Of a stretch of DNA of 9,633 nt, positions 7,905-9,633 are shown in pieces; the stretch's first letter is position 1; the number at the start of each line of letters is the position of its first letter. Under the pieces are notes generated by a model, which saw only the letters and a program-made list of their open reading frames with translations, was not told the DNA's origin and did not search any database. Source of the stretch: Candidatus Hermodarchaeota archaeon (lineage in GTDB: Archaea > Asgardarchaeota > Heimdallarchaeia > Hodarchaeales > Hodarchaeaceae); assembly GCA_048886185.1 (NCBI GenBank), contig JBHLKY010000049.1, positions 1 to 9,633 of the forward strand. The letters are read 5' to 3'. The translations under genes were made by a program, and so were the position numbers.

Positions 7905-8336
7905 CTAATGTGAGTGAGCTGTTTCATTGGTATAAACACCATACATGGGAGAAACGTTGGTTGTTTTCATTGCCATACCAGCTGTATATCCACTAAATAT
8001 CCCAATAAGTAAAATAACCATTGAGATAAAACCAATCAGAAAAATTGACTTTTTTTTCTTAATTAGAGGATTATTGGGTATAATACCTATTATGATATAA
8101 GGAGTAAGAAATGGATATCCATTAACTACTCTATAATGAGTGGGAGCTAGGTGATAGCCATAGAGGAAAGATAAAACGCCAAGTATCGATTCAAAAATGG
8201 CGACAATTCCGTATTGAAATTTATATTTCTTTTTTGACCGAGAAACCATTTCAAGCTCGGCTGGGGTGAGGTTAAGTTGGTTTGCTAGTGTTTCAAGCTT
8301 TTTTCTTGATGGTTCCATGAATATTCTTGAGTTCAT
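7905..8336 (-). CDS. Hypothetical small membrane protein (~143 aa)
   Basis: Charged helical N-terminus followed by 2-3 hydrophobic segments; TATA box 20 nt upstream. Confidence 0.7.
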   Translation of the reverse strand: MNSRIFMEPSRKKLETLANQLNLTPAELEMVSRSKKKYKFQYGIVAIFESILGVLSFLYGYHLAPTHYRVVNGYPFLTPYIIIGIIPNNPLIKKKKSIFLIGFISMVILLIGIFSGYTAGMAMKTTNVSPMYGVYTNETAHSH

Positions 8337-8355
8337 AGGAAGTGAATCTTAAAAA

Positions 8356-8363
8356 TATTTATA
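8356..8363 (-). promoter_or_regulatory. TATA box for the 7905-8336 gene
   Basis: TATAAATA on the minus strand 20 nt upstream of the ATG, consistent with a near-leaderless transcript. Confidence 0.45.
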
Positions 8364-8460
8364 GGTCAAAGAATACACAATAATGTATATTAGAGTCTTT
8401 TAGATCTTGATTTTGTTTAGGATTTCATTTGATAATTGTATGTTTATTGGTGGAAATTTT

Positions 8461-8889
8461 TTGAATAAGAAGAAGATAAATGAAATAGGAGAAAAGCTTC
8501 AAGTTTCGGTATCAACCATCGAGCAAGGTGAGAATAAAAGACTTTTAATTAAACCTTTGTATTTTCTTATCCAAATAGCGATCTTTATAGTTTCATCATT
8601 AATTGGTATGACCTTGGTTGTTATTAAAGAACGAGCTACTTATCCAATAGACTTTATATTTAATGCTACTCCAGTACTACTTCTTACACTTTCATTACAT
8701 GCTGGAAATGGGATTTTTACGGTACCAGGCCAAAAAAAATATGGATTGAGTAAAAATATTAGGATAACAGCTGTCTTAGTCAATTTATTAGCTTCATTAA
8801 TTATGATCAAGCTATTTCTGGACACTTCCGCCCCTTTCCCTAGGGGAGTAGCATATTCTGTTTTTAAGAATTCACCCCAATCACTCTGA
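8461..8889 (+). CDS. Hypothetical small membrane protein (~142 aa, ~3 TM)
   Basis: The ORF track starts at 8407, but GGTGG (8449-8453) sits 7 nt before TTG 8461, which is the more likely start. Confidence 0.7.
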   Translation: MNKKKINEIGEKLQVSVSTIEQGENKRLLIKPLYFLIQIAIFIVSSLIGMTLVVIKERATYPIDFIFNATPVLLLTLSLHAGNGIFTVPGQKKYGLSKNIRITAVLVNLLASLIMIKLFLDTSAPFPRGVAYSVFKNSPQSL

Positions 8890-8977
8890 TTTTGACATAT
8901 GTTCGATTGATCTCAAGTTTCATTGATATATGATGTTTATAAGAGAAAATATCGATTAAATTTTTGAGATTACTAAT

Positions 8978-9151
8978 TTAATCCTTGGAGGACGTGGAGA
9001 GAGTGGTGACTTGAGTATCCTCGGTGAATGTAAGCTGATATAATGGTTCCTTCGGGAGGCATGGAGAGCATCGCCTAGGTTGATCTTAGAAACTCCGAAG
9101 GGATGACCCTAACAAGCCAAAAGAAACTCAATTACTCTATGGAATGATGCT
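8978..9151 (+). pseudogene. rnpB: rnpB 3' fragment D (equivalent to rnpB 421-595), most decayed
   Basis: About 39 differences in 175 columns (~78%). CR-III mutated (TGAAAC to TGACTT) and CR-V mutated; P16 capped by a C-UUCG-G tetraloop. Confidence 0.88.
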
Positions 9152-9164
9152 TTCTATCTTGTAA

Positions 9165-9401
9165 ATCAAAATAATATATGTTATAAGGACAGAAGCACCT
9201 CTTCTCCATGTTTTAGGCTGTTTTATTGGCCTTACACTCATGATTCTCGCAACTGTTCTTGAAGGCGTTCAACTATCACTATTAGGATCTAATTTGTTCA
9301 TTTTGACATGGCTAGTGCTTGGGTTATGGGAACTTCTAATATTATTAGTGATTATATTGAAACAATGGAAGATAAAAATGTTTTATTCATCGTTGGGTTA
9401 A
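9165..9401 (+). pseudogene. Possible hydrophobic ORF remnant lacking a canonical start
   Basis: Open frame reading ...HVLGCFIGLTLMILATVLEGVQLSLLGSNLFILTWLVLGLWELLILLVIILKQWKIKMFYSSLG*; first in-frame ATG is at 9240; not in the ORF track. Confidence 0.3.
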
Positions 9402-9633
9402 GACTGGTTTCCTACTTGACTTTACGCATTGGTAAAGGTTAGGTTTCTCAGTGGCCATTTTTAGAAAAAAATTATCAATTTGAGTAATTAACTATTGATT
9501 GCAGGAAAAATTCGAGTGAGAAAAAATATATCCTGAATCTAGTGATAGTTTAATAAGATAACATGTGTTCTTCAGAAACTTGAAGAGCCGAAAGCGCTTT
9601 CTCTGATATATAAACTCTGGTAATATCATGGTG

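Noticed and set aside
8640-8825. 61-aa minus-strand ORF
   Set aside because: Lies entirely antisense within the 8461-8889 gene.
1214-9151. CRISPR array or MITE family
   Set aside because: The units are far too long and irregularly spaced for CRISPR, lack terminal inverted repeats, and match part of an essential RNA gene.

Overview
AT-rich archaeal DNA. The evidence for an archaeal origin is a type A RNase P RNA lacking P18, BRE/TATA promoters and PGF-type C-terminal anchors; an Asgard lineage is my guess from gene style only. The window holds an intact RNase P RNA gene (rnpB, ~222-595), which the ORF track misses. It is followed by four diverged, same-strand copies of its 3' part (1214-1430, 2599-2734, 4183-4270 plus 5176-5209, 8978-9151; ~78-88% identical by hand count). 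All four run to the mature rnpB 3' end, and the third is split by a ~0.9-kb insertion. Between the copies lie accessory genes: orphan multi-TM membrane proteins, a VapBC-type toxin-antitoxin pair, decayed surface-protein tails, a radical SAM/SPASM plus methyltransferase-TPR operon, and two divergent small membrane proteins. The layout resembles a serial gene-accretion array that uses rnpB as its integration or recombination anchor. No integrase is visible in the window.
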